Shown: positions 12,757 through 25,779, numbered from the stretch's first letter. The stretch is 64,000 bases of DNA from Octopus bimaculoides (GCF_001194135.2 NC_068982.1:92383322-92447321), one strand, 5' to 3'. Program-made: numbers and translations. Notes: generated by a model not told the origin, from the letters alone.

Positions 12757-13313
12757 GTAAGTAATGTTATCTGTAAGTTGTTGATTAGCAGACTGGTTAA
12801 TGTTATACGTTGTAAATCACCAGGCAGAAAAGACAAAAAACTACGCACACGCATAAATGTATGTATATGGATACACACCTACATTGTCATAATTACTGTT
12901 TAACCCATCAATTTAGTTATATATATTATTTAAAAAATGCATGTTTTTTATTTATATAGATAAATACACACACATATATATACACGCTGAATCAGAGTTA
13001 AAAGATAGAAGGGAAAAATAAACATACATGTTTGAAAGAAGGAAAAAAAATAACCCCGCTTATATTTAATATTGAAGAAAGATTAAAGACAAATAACTGT
13101 AGTAGTTAATTATTTCTCAGCAGAAACTTAATATCATTAAATATAGAGTATACAGAATGGTGGTAAATGGATAAAATTAAAAAGAGAAAAAATTGATTTC
13201 TTCTGAAGACCCTGTATTTCAGATAAGTATTACAAAATGAGAGGTTGTGATGCATATGCCTTTTTTAATGGTGTTAGCAACATGAGTGTAATGAATTGGT
13301 CTTGGCATACTTC

Positions 13314-13351
<38 letters not shown>

Positions 13352-13693
13352 TCTTCGAGAAGCTGTGATACTGAATTTTTATTTTATTCCATCACCCAGC
13401 GTTCTCCGTATTTAATATATTTTGATATTTCCTGTTGTTCAGCTGTTATCATCCGAAATACTTAAAACATGTCTTTTTTTTTTCTAAACCCCACCACACC
13501 GACAACCATTCGCAATAAGTGTTGTTAAAATTGTACTATTGAGCCATTTGAGTTTTCTATCGAAATTAATTTTGACACTGACTCACATTCCATATAATTA
13601 TATTCTCATTACTTTCTATTCAGCCACATGTTTTTCGGTAACCCCCACGCAAATTTAGTGCCGTTGAATGAAACTAGGCTTATTTGTGTATGC

Positions 13694-13747
<54 letters not shown>

Positions 13748-13799
13748 CAGCATAATCGTAACAGTACTTTTTTGTGTGTCTGTGTGTAAGCGATACATT

Positions 13800-13960
13800 G
13801 ATAGATAATGTTTACACGCTCAATTATGATTATGCTGTACAATATATGTATATATATATGTGGTGAAGCAACTGTTGCTGACTCCTTAATTATGTTTATA
13901 TATGATAGATAGATAGATATGTTTACACACTCAATTATGATTATGCTGTACAATATATAT
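13800..13960 (+). repeat. Direct repeat of ~45 bp with ~115-bp period, ending in (TA)n
   Basis: ATGTTTACAC(G/A)CTCAATTATGATTATGCTGTACAATATAT occurs twice. Confidence 0.8.
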
Positions 13961-14231
13961 ATATATATATATATATATAGGCGCAGTTATACACTGACAC
14001 CGTCATATAAGTGTTTGTGTATATGTATACATACGTGTTAGCCTATATATAATTGTGTCATTCTTTCGATATAGATAGATAAAATATCTATATCGAAAGA
14101 ATATATATATGTATATAACGTTCACTTTCCCTTCCTTGCATAGTTCAAACGGGATTTGTTGAGGTAGATTTTCTATAGCTGGATGTTCTCTCTGTTGCCT
14201 ACCGTGTATATATATATATATATATATATAT

Positions 14232-14527
14232 AGCGAGGTCGTTGCCAGTGCCGCTGGACTGGCTCCCGTGCAGGTGGCACGTAAAAAACACCTTTTGAGC
14301 GAGGCCGTTGCCAGTACCATGTCACTGGCCCTCGTGCCGGTGGCACATAAGAGCAGCAACTACACTCTCAGAGTGGTTGGCGTTAGGAAGGGCATCCAGC
14401 TGTAGAAACTCTGACAGATCAGATTAGAGCCTGGTGCAGCCTTCTGGCTTGCCAGTCCTCAGTCAAATCGTCCAACCCATGCTAGCTTGGAAAGCAGACC
14501 TTAAATGACGATAATGACGATGATGAT
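14232..14527 (+). mobile_element. RTE-type 3' UTR element with (GAT)n tail
   Basis: Internal tandem GTTGCCAGT...GGTGGCAC units, GGCGTTAGGAAGGGCATCCAGCTGTAGAAAC core, CGTCCAACCCATGCTAGC and a GAT tail. Homologous to the UTR after the RTE ORF at 57170-57345. Confidence 0.8.
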
Positions 14528-14528
14528 A

Positions 14529-14690
14529 TACTAGCAGATGTTCCCGGCGTTGCCCGTGCTACATGCAATGGAAGAATTTGACTTTTCTGTTATATTTTCT
14601 CTAATGAACTGCAATACCTATGATTCGAATTTCATAAAAATTGCAGATGAGGGTTCTTTCCCTCTTTACACATCGTAAAAATATTTTAAT
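14529..14690 (+). mobile_element. Helitron-like non-autonomous element, 5' end
   Basis: Begins TACTAGCAGATGTTCCCGGCGTTGCCCG, resembling the ACTAG..CCCGGCGTTGC 5' hairpin motif of invertebrate non-autonomous Helitron-like elements. Confidence 0.5.
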
Positions 14691-15162
14691 CATGACACAT
14701 GTACTCCATACTAGTGATTTTTATGTACAGATTCCAAAATCCAGTCTTATGGAACCTGTTAAAAGAATTTTGCTCCTGAGAAATGGAGGTCATGGAGCTC
14801 TAAAGTGTGGGAGTTAAGGTCCCTATTGGGGGTGGGTGTCTTAATGTCAAACAGAGAAGTTGAATTCTTGAGAATCTTTTTGACTTGGGTGTTATATCTA
14901 TATGTATGTATATATATATGTTTATATATGTGTATTTATATATATATATATATATATGTATGTTCATATATGTGTATTTATATATATATATATATGTGTA
15001 TATATGTTTATGTATATATATGTCTGTATATATATATATATATGTATATATATATGTATATANNNNNNNNNNNNNNNNNNNNNNNNNNNNNNNNNNNNNN
15101 NNNNNNNNNNNNNNNNNNNNNNNNNNNNNNNNNNNNNNNNNNNNNNNNNNNNNNNNNNNNNN

Positions 15163-15197
<35 letters not shown>

Positions 15198-16900
15198 ATA
15201 TAGATTGGTGTTGTGGTGGGAGTAGGTAAATTCCAAGTCTTGTGAGAGCTGAATAAGTTTATGAGAGTCCCAAAAATTTCAGAAGCCTCATTGTTATAGG
15301 ATTCCATCAATTTGGTGATATTGCTAGTGTTACCTGCACCATAATTGACATGTGATGTGTTGTTGCCCTTTTTGAACAAAGGAATAATGCTGAGTTTTCC
15401 ACTGTTCTGGAGTAATAATGTTTTAAGGTAGAATGGAAAGCGGGGAAAAAATTTAATGCAATAGAAAGAGCCTGTCATGTCTAAGAAATAGTTTTAATGA
15501 GGAGCTTTGTATATTGCCAATTATGGACAGGGACATCGAGAAATTGGTGAAAGGATGTAGAGGTTGTGCATTGGCAACAAAAGCACCACCAGTAACATCT
15601 TCGAGATCAGGGGAAGCATAGTTGTTTATATACTTGAAGTGACATCACAACATTGTAGGATTAAATTCAACAGGTATAATGAAATTTGGTGTCATTAGCA
15701 GTGAAGAGGGTACATTTGAATTTTCCACAGTAAAAATGCCAGTAAAAATAACATTCAGCACTAAGTTATGTGTACTCTTTGTGGTGATCAGTAATCCGAT
15801 CTGTATGGAGATTGTGAAGAGGGCTGACTGGTTAATGAGGCCTGTTTCAAATGCTCATATTTCCAAAACACTTTACTATCTGGGCTGATGATTGTTATGC
15901 ATTGTTCAAATTTAATTACTGCTTTTTAGTTATCTCCTTGATATAGCTACACACTCTGTTGTGCCTTCTATTATCCTTTGTTCTAAGTAATCTGTATTTA
16001 CATTGAGTGTCCTTTTGTTCTTTCCTTGCAAAGCAGATTGCTGCAGTCTTCTAACTACACTTTTTAAGGTTTCTAACATGTATATGTGGTACTGATACAT
16101 AGATGGTTGTTTTAATCTAATACCACTTCTGTTACATATAACACATTCTTATTTAGTTGGGTGTCTATTCACAACACCAGTGAATGTTTATACAGTGTTC
16201 TCCTATATATGAATAGACACAAATTTCATCTAAGCATCTGCTTATTGACAACATCCAACAAAGTAGGAATGCATCTGGCAGTCTCAAGCCACTGCTGGGA
16301 TGATTTTCATCTCCCACTGACATGCTGTGTTTTTAAATGCAGAGATATCTCCATACAAATGTCACAGTAAATTTGCCTTTCAGTGGTGTATTCACATTAT
16401 GTATGATACATAGATGGTTATTTTAATCTAATGTCTTTTTCTGATGTGGCTGGCTCCAAAGGAAGTTATTTAGGAAGCATAGCTATCTGTTCTGCAAGAA
16501 ATGTCTTGGAAGTAAGAGAAAGAATCTGTCTTAGGCTTCTGGTGAATCAAGAAGGTTGAGTGACTTTTTTTTTATTGGAACTTCACATGGCAAGCATCTC
16601 TTGCTTTCATTTCTTGGTCACAAATTCTGGACACAATGCCAATTGAAATCATTTTTTCAGAAGCTTAGTCATATCCAGGATCAAAATTGAAGGCACTTCT
16701 TTTGCACTGGTCATTTGAAAGATCAAATCATTCTCTGTCTTGCTCTTTGAGCTTTTTGTCAAGCCTGGTGCATTTTGGACTTTCATGTTGTCTCTTTGAC
16801 AACATTCAGTCGAAAGTGAGCTTGCCATTTATCAGTTGTCTATTCACTGCCTGTCTGACTGTTGGATAGCATTCTATTCACAGTCAGCCTCATGTTCATT
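14690..16900 (-). mobile_element. Degenerate CR1-type LINE, interrupted by (TA)n/gap and a Gypsy fragment
   Basis: Minus-strand ..GIFTVENSNVP..PVEFNPTML..NYASPD.. (pre-RT, 15600-15800) then KLSIIPLFKKGNNTSHVNY..TSNITKLMES (RT domain 0, 15230-15420). Outer boundaries uncertain. Confidence 0.6.
14895..15200. repeat. (TA)n/(TG)n compound microsatellite with gap
   Basis: Seen directly. Other long arrays at 13317, 13700, 25785, 47473, 53188, 55206, 57655, 58263 and 60264. Confidence 0.95.
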
Positions 16901-17054
16901 GTTTATCTTGAATCTTCTGTGAGCTGCATTCCTGGCAGCATCAACTTGCAGTAGTGGAAATCAATTTTTCAGGAGGTGTTAATATTAAAGATAAGTAGGA
17001 AACAAGACATTTACTCCAAAATAACAAGAAATCCTACAGATACTCCATCTAGAC

Positions 17055-17393
17055 CAGGGGTTTTCAACCGGGGTCCATATGGATCTTGTGGGTTCATATA
17101 AAATTTTTGGTTGTCCACGTATGCAATATCGTAAACTGGTGGTGGTGGGGGTCTACAATTATTTTTCAGGAGTCATGAAAAAATTGTGCTCATACCAATA
17201 AAGTTTGTGTGCAATAAATTGATTATCCCTCCACATTACACAAAATATTTTAGCAATTTTTATACAATTCCCAGTAATATTTAATTATAAAAATACAATA
17301 AAATTTTCTAAACATTGAATGACTATGGGGGTCCACCCAAGTAAAAAAGGAATTAAAGGGGTCCACAGGTAAAAAAATGGTTGAGAACCCCTG
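17055..17393. mobile_element. hAT-Charlie-type MITE, 339 bp
   Basis: TIRs CAGGGGTTTTCAACC / GGTTGAGAACCCCTG (14/15). Perfect 8-bp TSD ATCTAGAC at 17047-17054 and 17394-17401, matching the NTCTAGAN Charlie target. Confidence 0.92.
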
Positions 17394-18956
17394 ATCTAGA
17401 CTATAGCTTTAGATTTATATCTTTAATTATTGGGTTACTTTACTAATTGCCTTAGTCTTGAAACTGTGTTTCACAAAATCAGAAATGATATATGATTAGG
17501 AAATTACATTTACAAGCCAATTACAAGTCTGTAAAACATTTCAAAAGTTTGGCCTGTATGGGCACATATGCACATGTGTTGACAACCAAACATATGTACA
17601 CAAATGTTAAATCAAGACATGCAGATCCATAATGCAATGTGTTGTGATGAGTTACGATGACCCCCTGTGAGAGATAGACTGGTCTGAGTAAAGTATAAAT
17701 AGTAATGACCCGAGTGAGTTCAGAGTTTGGAGTCGAGTGAAGTGTATGTTAGTTTGCAGTGAAGTAGAAAGGTGCCGGTTGGTTAGTTCACTAGGAATAT
17801 TGATTGTTAGTTCGTAAAGAGATTTGTTAGTTTGTTACATTGTTTTTACTGTTGTCTGGTTATCTTATTTATTGTACATAACAAATATGTTACAACCTCT
17901 GGTGACGAGGGTTTCAGAGCTCATGTAGGTTATTTAACATTTTGTTTGTGATACTTGTTAAATAATAGAAGACCTATTAACTTCCATAGTACAGTTGCAA
18001 AAGCAACAACAAGAGCAGCAACAGGAGTTGCAGAAGCAACTATTACAGTGACAACTGCAACAACAATTATTAGAGCTATATTCAAAGAAGTCCAAAAATG
18101 AGGTAAGTTCATTTTCGCCAGACGGTGTTTCAAACTTGATTAATGACTTCAGTTATAACCCAGAGGAGGGTACAACTTTTGCATTGTACTACAGAAGGTA
18201 TGAGGAGATTTTTAAACAAGATTGCAAATCATGGTTGGATGAACAAAAACTGAGATTGTTATTGGGAAAATTGGCTCCATTAGAGCATGAACGTTACTGT
18301 AATTTCACAGTGCCCAAAAAACCCAATGAAATTTGTTTTAAAGAAACAATGGAATTACTGTCTAACATATTTGGTGATAAAACTCCTCTATTTAACACTC
18401 AAATGGAGTGTTGGAATATAACGGTAAAAAAGAATGATTATTTTATCACATATGCAGGAATACTCAACAGAATGTGCAAAAGTTTTAAACTCAAAGAACT
18501 TGCACATGAGATGTTGAAGTGTCTTATTCTCATAAAAAACCTCACAGCAAGTGAAGATAGAGAAATTAAGGCAAGAATTCTTTCTAAATTGTAACAAGCA
18601 AACCAAGGTCTAACCTTACAGTCCGTGGCAGAAGAATGCCAAAGGTTGGTAAACCTGAAACACAATATAGAAAAAATTCAAGAAAAGGATTCCTAAAAAA
18701 TACAGATATGCTGACCGGAAAAGTGCAACCAAAAAAGAGCACCTTGTCTTAATCCATGTTATGAGTGTGGGGGACATACATGTCAGAAAAGACTGTCTAT
18801 TGAAAAATCAAAGTTGTTACAGTTGCAAAAGAATTGATCACAAGAGTTCACACTCCAGAAGAAAATTGCGAAGGTCAGATATTAAAAATCCTAGTGTGCT
18901 CTCAGCAAAAACAAAAATTGACTCCCAAATAAAAAAAAATTTGTACACATTTGTAC

Positions 18957-20155
18957 AGGCGCAGGAGTGGCTGTGTGGTAAGTAGCTTGCTTACCAACCA
19001 CATGGTTCCGGGTTCATTCCCACTGCATGGCACCTTGGGCAAGTGTCCTCTACTACAGCCTCGGGCTGACCAAAGCCTTGTGAGTGGATTTGGTAGACGG
19101 AAACTGAAAGAAACCTGTTGTATATATGTATATATATATATATATATAACGTGAGAGAGTTAGGGGTTGGGGGGTACAACCCACTAAGGGATAGTATCTA
19201 TCCAGTATACTGCTGGGAGGGTACCCAATTATTGCTACACTAGTGCTATACTNNNNNNNNNNNNNNNNNNNNNNNNNNNNNNNNNNNNNNNNNNNNNNNN
19301 NNNNNNNNNNNNNNNNNNNNNNNNNNNNNNNNNNNNNNNNNNNNNNNNNNNNNNNNNNNNNNNNNNNNNNNNNNNNNNNNNNNNNNNNNNNNNNNNNNNN
19401 NNNNNNNNNNNNNNNNNNNNNNNNNNNNNNNNNNNNNNNNNNNNNNNNNNNNNNNNNNNNNNNNNNNNNNNNNNNNNNNNNNNNNNNNNNNNNNNNNNNN
19501 NNNNNNNNNNNNNNNNNNNNNNNNNNNNNNNNNNNNNNNNNNNNNNNNNNNNNNNNNNNNNNNNNNNNNNNNNNNNNNNNNNNNNNNNNNNNNNNNNNNN
19601 CATGGACACCTGTGCTTTGGTTCTTTCTTTTTTCTTTTCTTCCTTTTTTGTCACTTTTGCTATGAATTAAATTAATGAATTCAACGGGATACACCGTCTG
19701 CAAGTAGTTGGGTTCAGCATATTATCCTCCATTTTCTAATTATGACCGTTGACTGAACACTATTCAATTTTTTTTCTCCGTGTTTTTCTCCTTGTCTCCG
19801 TATTCTTTCTGTTGAAGAGCGTAGCTCGAAACGTCAAAGACTTTCCGTATTCCCGAGCGTCATACTAATATATACTTTTGTTATTTACACCACCTGTCCT
19901 CGTCTGTTGTTATTATTTTATATATTCTCCCATATATATATATATGTTTGTGTGTCTGTGTTTGTCCCCCCCCAACATCGCTTGACAACCGATGGTGGTG
20001 TGTTTATGTCCCCGTAACTTAGCGGTTCAGCAAAAGAGACAGATAGAATGAGTACTAGGCTTCCAAAGAATAAGTCCTGGGGTCGATTTGCTCAACTAAA
20101 GGCGGTGCTCCAGCATGGCCGCAGTCAAATGACTGAAACAAGTAAGAGTAAAGAG
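18957..20155 (+). mobile_element. SINE family A inserted in the Gypsy gag-pro region, itself split by an insertion at about 19150-19930
   Basis: 5' half 18957-19149, 3' half 19930-20155. The Gypsy frame (KKFVHI|KLNTIHIKFQLDTG) resumes across it. Confidence 0.88.
19150..19930. mobile_element. Insertion in the SINE (TA)n; right part resembles a Penelope-like element 3' end (partly gap)
   Basis: TGAAGAGCGTAGCTCGAAACGTC resembles the terminal motif of Penelope-like elements. Flanked by (TA)n on both sides. 348 N inside. Confidence 0.45.
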
Positions 20156-20730
20156 ATAAAACTAAATACAATACATATTAAATTTCAATTAGATACTGGA
20201 AGTGATATTTCAGTAATAGATATGGACACATGGAAGAAAATAAGGAAACCTAAGTTGAGAAAAACAGTGAAATCTGCTTGTAGGGTGACAGGTGACAAAT
20301 TACATTTCATAGGTGAAATGTGTGACTAATGTCACATTTCAAGGGAAAACATGCGAGGCAAGTCTTTGTTGTTAAAAATGCAACCGATCTGTTTGGTACC
20401 AATTGGTTAAAATTATTCGATTTATGGGACCTCCCCATAAGTCTCTACTGTAAAAATGTAAATGGCTGTCCCTCTAAAAATAATTTGTCTGAAGATTTAA
20501 AGAGAAAATTTAAAAAAATGTTTCTACAAGTTCTTTCGGACAAACTAGGTCTATGTACAAAGACTGAAGCATGTTTTGAATTAGATGATGATGTTACACC
20601 TGTGTTCAAACCTAATAGGAAAGTGCTTTTTGTGGCAATAAAGTAAGTGGACGATGAGTTGGACAGATGTGAAAAAAAAAACGGAATCATTGAAAAAGTG
20701 GATTATGTGAAATGGGCTGCTTTGACTGTA

Positions 20731-21114
20731 TTCTTTATTCCTTAATTTGTTTCAGTCATTTGCTAGAGCACTGCCTTTAGTCAAACAAATTGACCCCAAG
20801 ACTTATTCTTTGTAAGCCTAGTACTTATTCTATAGGTCTCTTTTGCCAAATCGTTATGTTATGGGGATGGAAACACCAACATTGGTTGTCAAGCAATGGT
20901 GGAGGAAAAACACAGACACACAAACATATGCACACATACATACACATATATATACACAATGGGCTTCTTTCAGTTTCTGTCTACCAAATCCACTCACAAG
21001 GCTTTAGTTGGCCTGAGGCTATAGTAGAAGACACTTGCCCAAAGTGCCACGCAGTGCGACTGAACATGGAACCATGTAGTTGGTAAGCAAGCTACTTACC
21101 ACACAGTCACTCCT
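20731..21114 (-). mobile_element. SINE family A inserted in Gypsy RT
   Basis: Interrupts IIEKVDYVKWAALTV | KKKNNKIRLC. Antisense copy of 18957-20155. Confidence 0.9.
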
Positions 21115-24100
21115 AAAAAAGAAAAATAACAAAATTAGGTTGTGTATCAATTTTTCAACCAGTTTAAATGACTGTTTAAAGATGAACCATTATCCACTAT
21201 TGACCCCAGAAGATATTTTTACAAAACTAAATGGAGGAAAAATAATTTAAAGCTCAATCTCTCTGACGTATATCTACAAATCAAAATATATAAAAAATAC
21301 TCAAAGCTGTTAATGTTCAACATGCACAGAGGTCTATACAAATACAATAGATTACCTTTTGGACTGAAGGTAGCACCTACAATATTTCAACAGTTGATGG
21401 ACACGATGTTGGTAGACTGTCAGTTTGCTATTCCTTACCTTGATGACATGTTAATCAAAAGCAAATCACAGAATGAGCATATTGAACACTGTGTGTCTTT
21501 AAAAAAATTAAGGGGTTGCCTACCTATACAGCAAACCGACTACAACACTGGGGTACAATATTGCTGAACTACAATTTTAAGATGCAGTATATTCCATCAA
21601 AGAAAATTGGTCATGAAGACTTTATTGAGGCTAATTTCCAAGAGTGTGGAACTGATAGAAGAGACTGTGATAATGTCATTACAGCCAGAAAATGAAGTAA
21701 GAAGTATTGTGTACAATATAATCCAGGAACTGTCAGTGACAGCACATGGTATAAAAATGAAATCATAGAGGATAGTTACATTACAAGAAAGAAAGAAACC
21801 TTGAAAAATAAGCATAATAAATAAAAATACAAATTTAAATAATTTCTCACTATGCAACAATGTCTTAATGTACATGCAAAGAGTAGTAGTACCAAGTGCA
21901 GTACAGAAACGAGTATTGCAACAATTTCACTGTGGGCACCCAGAAATGTCCAGAATGAAAGCTTTAATGAGGAGCTTTGTATATTGCCAACTATGGACAG
22001 GGACATCGAGAAATTGGTGAAAGCATGTAGAGGTTGTGCATTGGTAACCAAAGCAGCACCAGTTAAATACCAATCATGGCTGGAGACTGAGAGTCCAGGA
22101 TACATATTATGTTGGACCAGTGAATGGTGCATACTATCTAATCGTTGTGGATAGCTATACAAAGTGGGCAGAGGTATGCAGATGTAATAAACCCACAGCA
22201 AAGACAACAATAAAGTTCCTACTCGAGTTATTTGCTTGATATGGTGTTGCTGACATGTTAGTTTCAGATAATGGAACACAATTCATGGGTTATGAATTAA
22301 ATTTCTGCAAAATATATGCCATAAAGCACATCATTACACTGCCCTACCACCCAAGGTCAAATGGGCAGGCAGAGAGATTTGTTGACACATTCAAAAGAGC
22401 TCTAAGAAAAGCTAGGAACGAGCTAGATAATGACAAGGCATTATCGAAATTTCTGACAGTATATAGAATAACACCAAATCTAAATATTAATTCAGGAAAG
22501 TCACCAACAGAGTTAACGTTTATGTGTAAAATAAAATTGATGATCTTGTCAGGAAAAAATACATTTGAAGGAAATGCAAGAAACATTACAAAACATTTTG
22601 AGGTAGGAGATAAAGTTCATTTTAAAAATTACAAAAATGGTAAAGAAGGTTGGGAGGATGGCTGTGTAATCAAAAGATTAGGTAACATGATGTATTTAAT
22701 TAAAGGACAATGTTTGGAACATAAGAGACACCTTAACCAGTTAAATACGAGACATACAGAAGTAAGAAAGGTAATACCAATGGAAGTCTTCTATGATATG
22801 TTTGAAGTGCTAGCACCGAGAGATATTGAACCCCGTAGAACTAGCTTCAGAAAATGAAAACAGACTGAATATCTGGAAGTAATACCTAAACGAAAATATT
22901 AAATTTTCAAAAAAAAAAACAAGAGTGCTTAGTACAATGAAAAGAAAAAGTGGTGTGTACAACAAACAATACTACCTTAAAAGTCAGGCAATAATTAAGA
23001 TACAACAGTTAAGAAAAAAAAAGAGGGAGAGGTGCTGGAAAGAAAGAAAAAATAAAAGAAATTCCACTTTCTCACAGTAGTTGAAAAGAGATGTTGTGAT
23101 GAGAGTTACGATACCCCTTTGCCAGAGATAGACTGGTCCAAGTAAAGTATAAATAGTAACAGTCTGAGTGAGTTCATAAGTTCAAGTTTGGAGTCGAGTG
23201 AAGTCAGAAGGTGTTGGTTGGTTAGTTCACAAGGAATATTTATTGTTGGTTTGTAAAGAAATTTGTTAGTTTGTTACATTGTTTTTACTGTAGTCTGGTT
23301 ATCTTATTTATTGTATGTAACAAATACATTACAACACAATGACAAGCATTCTTGCATGCATGCATGTGTGCAGATGCATACAATACATGGCTATCTAGTT
23401 GATGTTATCTCAGTTCCAATGAAAGAGCTTTGGATTAGAAACCAGCTCTTTTTCTATTTGTGAGAAATTAAGCAGAACTAGTTAGATCGTCATCCAAATC
23501 TAGCCAGATTTGTATTGCAGTAGATTCAATTGACATTATGCTCCTCCCTTTTAAATTAGCTTATTCCAGTATGAAAAATTATTATTATAATTATTAATGG
23601 CAGAATCAATAGTGAGCTGTACATCATTCTTTGTGATACTTAGTTATGTTTCAGTTCCATTCTGCTAGGTCAATTTTTCCTTTCATTTTTCCAGAATTGA
23701 TACAATAAATTACCAGTCAAGTACTGGGGTTGATTTAATTGAATAACACCTCTATCAAAATATATAAAATATGTGGCCTTGTGTGCCTACATTAGAAATA
23801 TAAATACTATTATAGGTCATGAAGGAGCCTCTACTAGGTTGCTCAGAACAACAGCCAAATCTGTCTCAGATCACACTACTATCTTAAGGAAAGTGTACAG
23901 TGAATAATGTATTATGTACAATACCTGAAAATAAGATGCAATGGTCATAGACAGAATACCTTTCATCATACATGTTTGATTGGAGCTGACATATGGTTAA
24001 AAAACATTACAGAAATTTAAGATGAGTTCCCAGTTTCTCTTCTTACTTTTATTTCACTTGAGATAGAGAGCTATGAGTATTTCACAATCTTTCACCACAG

Positions 24101-24614
24101 AAGGAAAAGGAACTATATTTTCATGTTGTTTTTAGTATACAACACTTACACTGTATGTACAAGTATTAACAGTAATAGATTATTATATATTTCTAAAGGA
24201 TTATGTGACTGGCCTGGACATAAGTTCTCAAACTAGAGTCTCCTCACCATTAGAGAAATAGAATAAGTACCAGTAATATAATACTATTGGTTTGCTCTAC
24301 ACTACCTTGATAATTTGTAATTGTAATGCAGCAAAATTTTTATCATTGAATGAATGAAATCATTTGACCATTTGAAAATTGAAAAAAAAAAAGAAAGCAC
24401 TAGATCAATTCATGTAATTCATGTTGGAATCTGTTCTTACTAAAAGTAGTTAACTTTTTGGTTTGGAAATTCTGTATTTTGTATTAAAAAAAAAGAGTTT
24501 GAAACATTTTTATTTTTAGAAAAAGATTTGTGAGTGGGTTGAAATTATGAAAATATTCTAAATATATGACTAGCTAATTATGTATTTGTGTGTGTGTGTG
24601 GGAGGAGGTGTGAA

Positions 24615-25779
24615 TGGGCGTTCAGGATAAATTTGACAATTTTGAAATGCAATATCTCATTCAAAAATAAAAGTATTTAAAAAAATTAAAAAATGTCAAT
24701 GAGATTATGGCTGGGAGATAACAGTTTACTCAAAGTAATGGCTCTCAGCTTACATTACAGTCTCAAGACAACTCCATAATTTGGTGCATGCATTCCTCAC
24801 TGTGTCCTTGGGAAGACATTTGAACACCTCCTTGATCTTAGCCACCAGCTTATTATTGGTTTTGCAGACAGAGTAGTTGGTGTCTTTCTCAACTGTGCCC
24901 CCACATATAATAATTCATAGGATTACAATTGGGGCAAATAGGAGGCCAGAAATTGAGGTTTGTGAAGTCATAGAAATTTTCTGACAACCATTTCTGACCC
25001 TTTCTGGTGGTATGGCAAATCTTGCTGCTGGAAGGCAGCAAGCATCTCCAGTCAGGGTTTGACTATAATCTCTAACAGCTTCACATAGCTGTTGGAATTG
25101 AGACTAAGTCTCTGTTGAATGTGGGGTAACATGACATCATCTGCACTGGAGACTCACCCAAAGACTATCACAGTTTGGGGGAACTTAATTTTCATGGTAT
25201 ATGTGACATCACATGGATTATTCTGGGTGTTGTGCAACTGGTCCTGGCAGAAGTTTCTTTTCACCTGAGAACCACTATATCATCCCCAGCTCAGCAGGGT
25301 ACCTCAGCTTGTTCACCAGCTTCTTTGTCTTCATCAAGCAATTCATAGCCTTGGCTGTCAGAATTTGTCCCTTGCGCATCTTGTATGAGTGGTAGCAAGG
25401 GCCCTCATTCAGGATGAGCTTTATGGTGGCAATTCCAACACCCTTCTCTCTTGCCAAAGCCCAGAGTCCCTTACTCAGATCTTCCATTACCTTGTCCTGC
25501 AGCTAGCTGTTCATGTCATGTCTGACAACCTTTACAGTGTTCACAGAGCATTGAGCAGCAGTCATGGTGTAAAGATTTTGATACCTGATGCAAATCATCA
25601 TGATACAGGTGACTCTTTTCCAATATTTAGCTTCTAGTCATCCAAATCAACTAACTTTTTCTCAGCTACTTCTTCAATCTTTATTCTCTCTATTGCCATT
25701 GACTGTTATTGTTTACCAGACATCAAAATGTTCCTGAAAAAAAGGAGACAAAAAATCTTGTCCAATTAAACCAGAACAC

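Larger units (their letters stand above)
17640..23336 (+). mobile_element. Ty3/Gypsy LTR retrotransposon (Mag-like), decayed, both LTRs present
   Basis: LTRs 17640-17897 and 23092-23336 (TGTTG...CAACA), PBS TGGTGACGAGG at 17900, 5-bp TSD CAATG (17635-17639, 23337-23341). Gag 18136-18594 with two CCHC-like knuckles (~18760-18860), protease FQLDTGSD (~20185), RT YLDD (~21435), integrase HHCC and core GQAERFVDTFKR (22255-22857). Many stops and frameshifts. Confidence 0.95.

Noticed and set aside
14805-15236. YI/CV-rich ORFs
   Set aside because: Translations of microsatellites.
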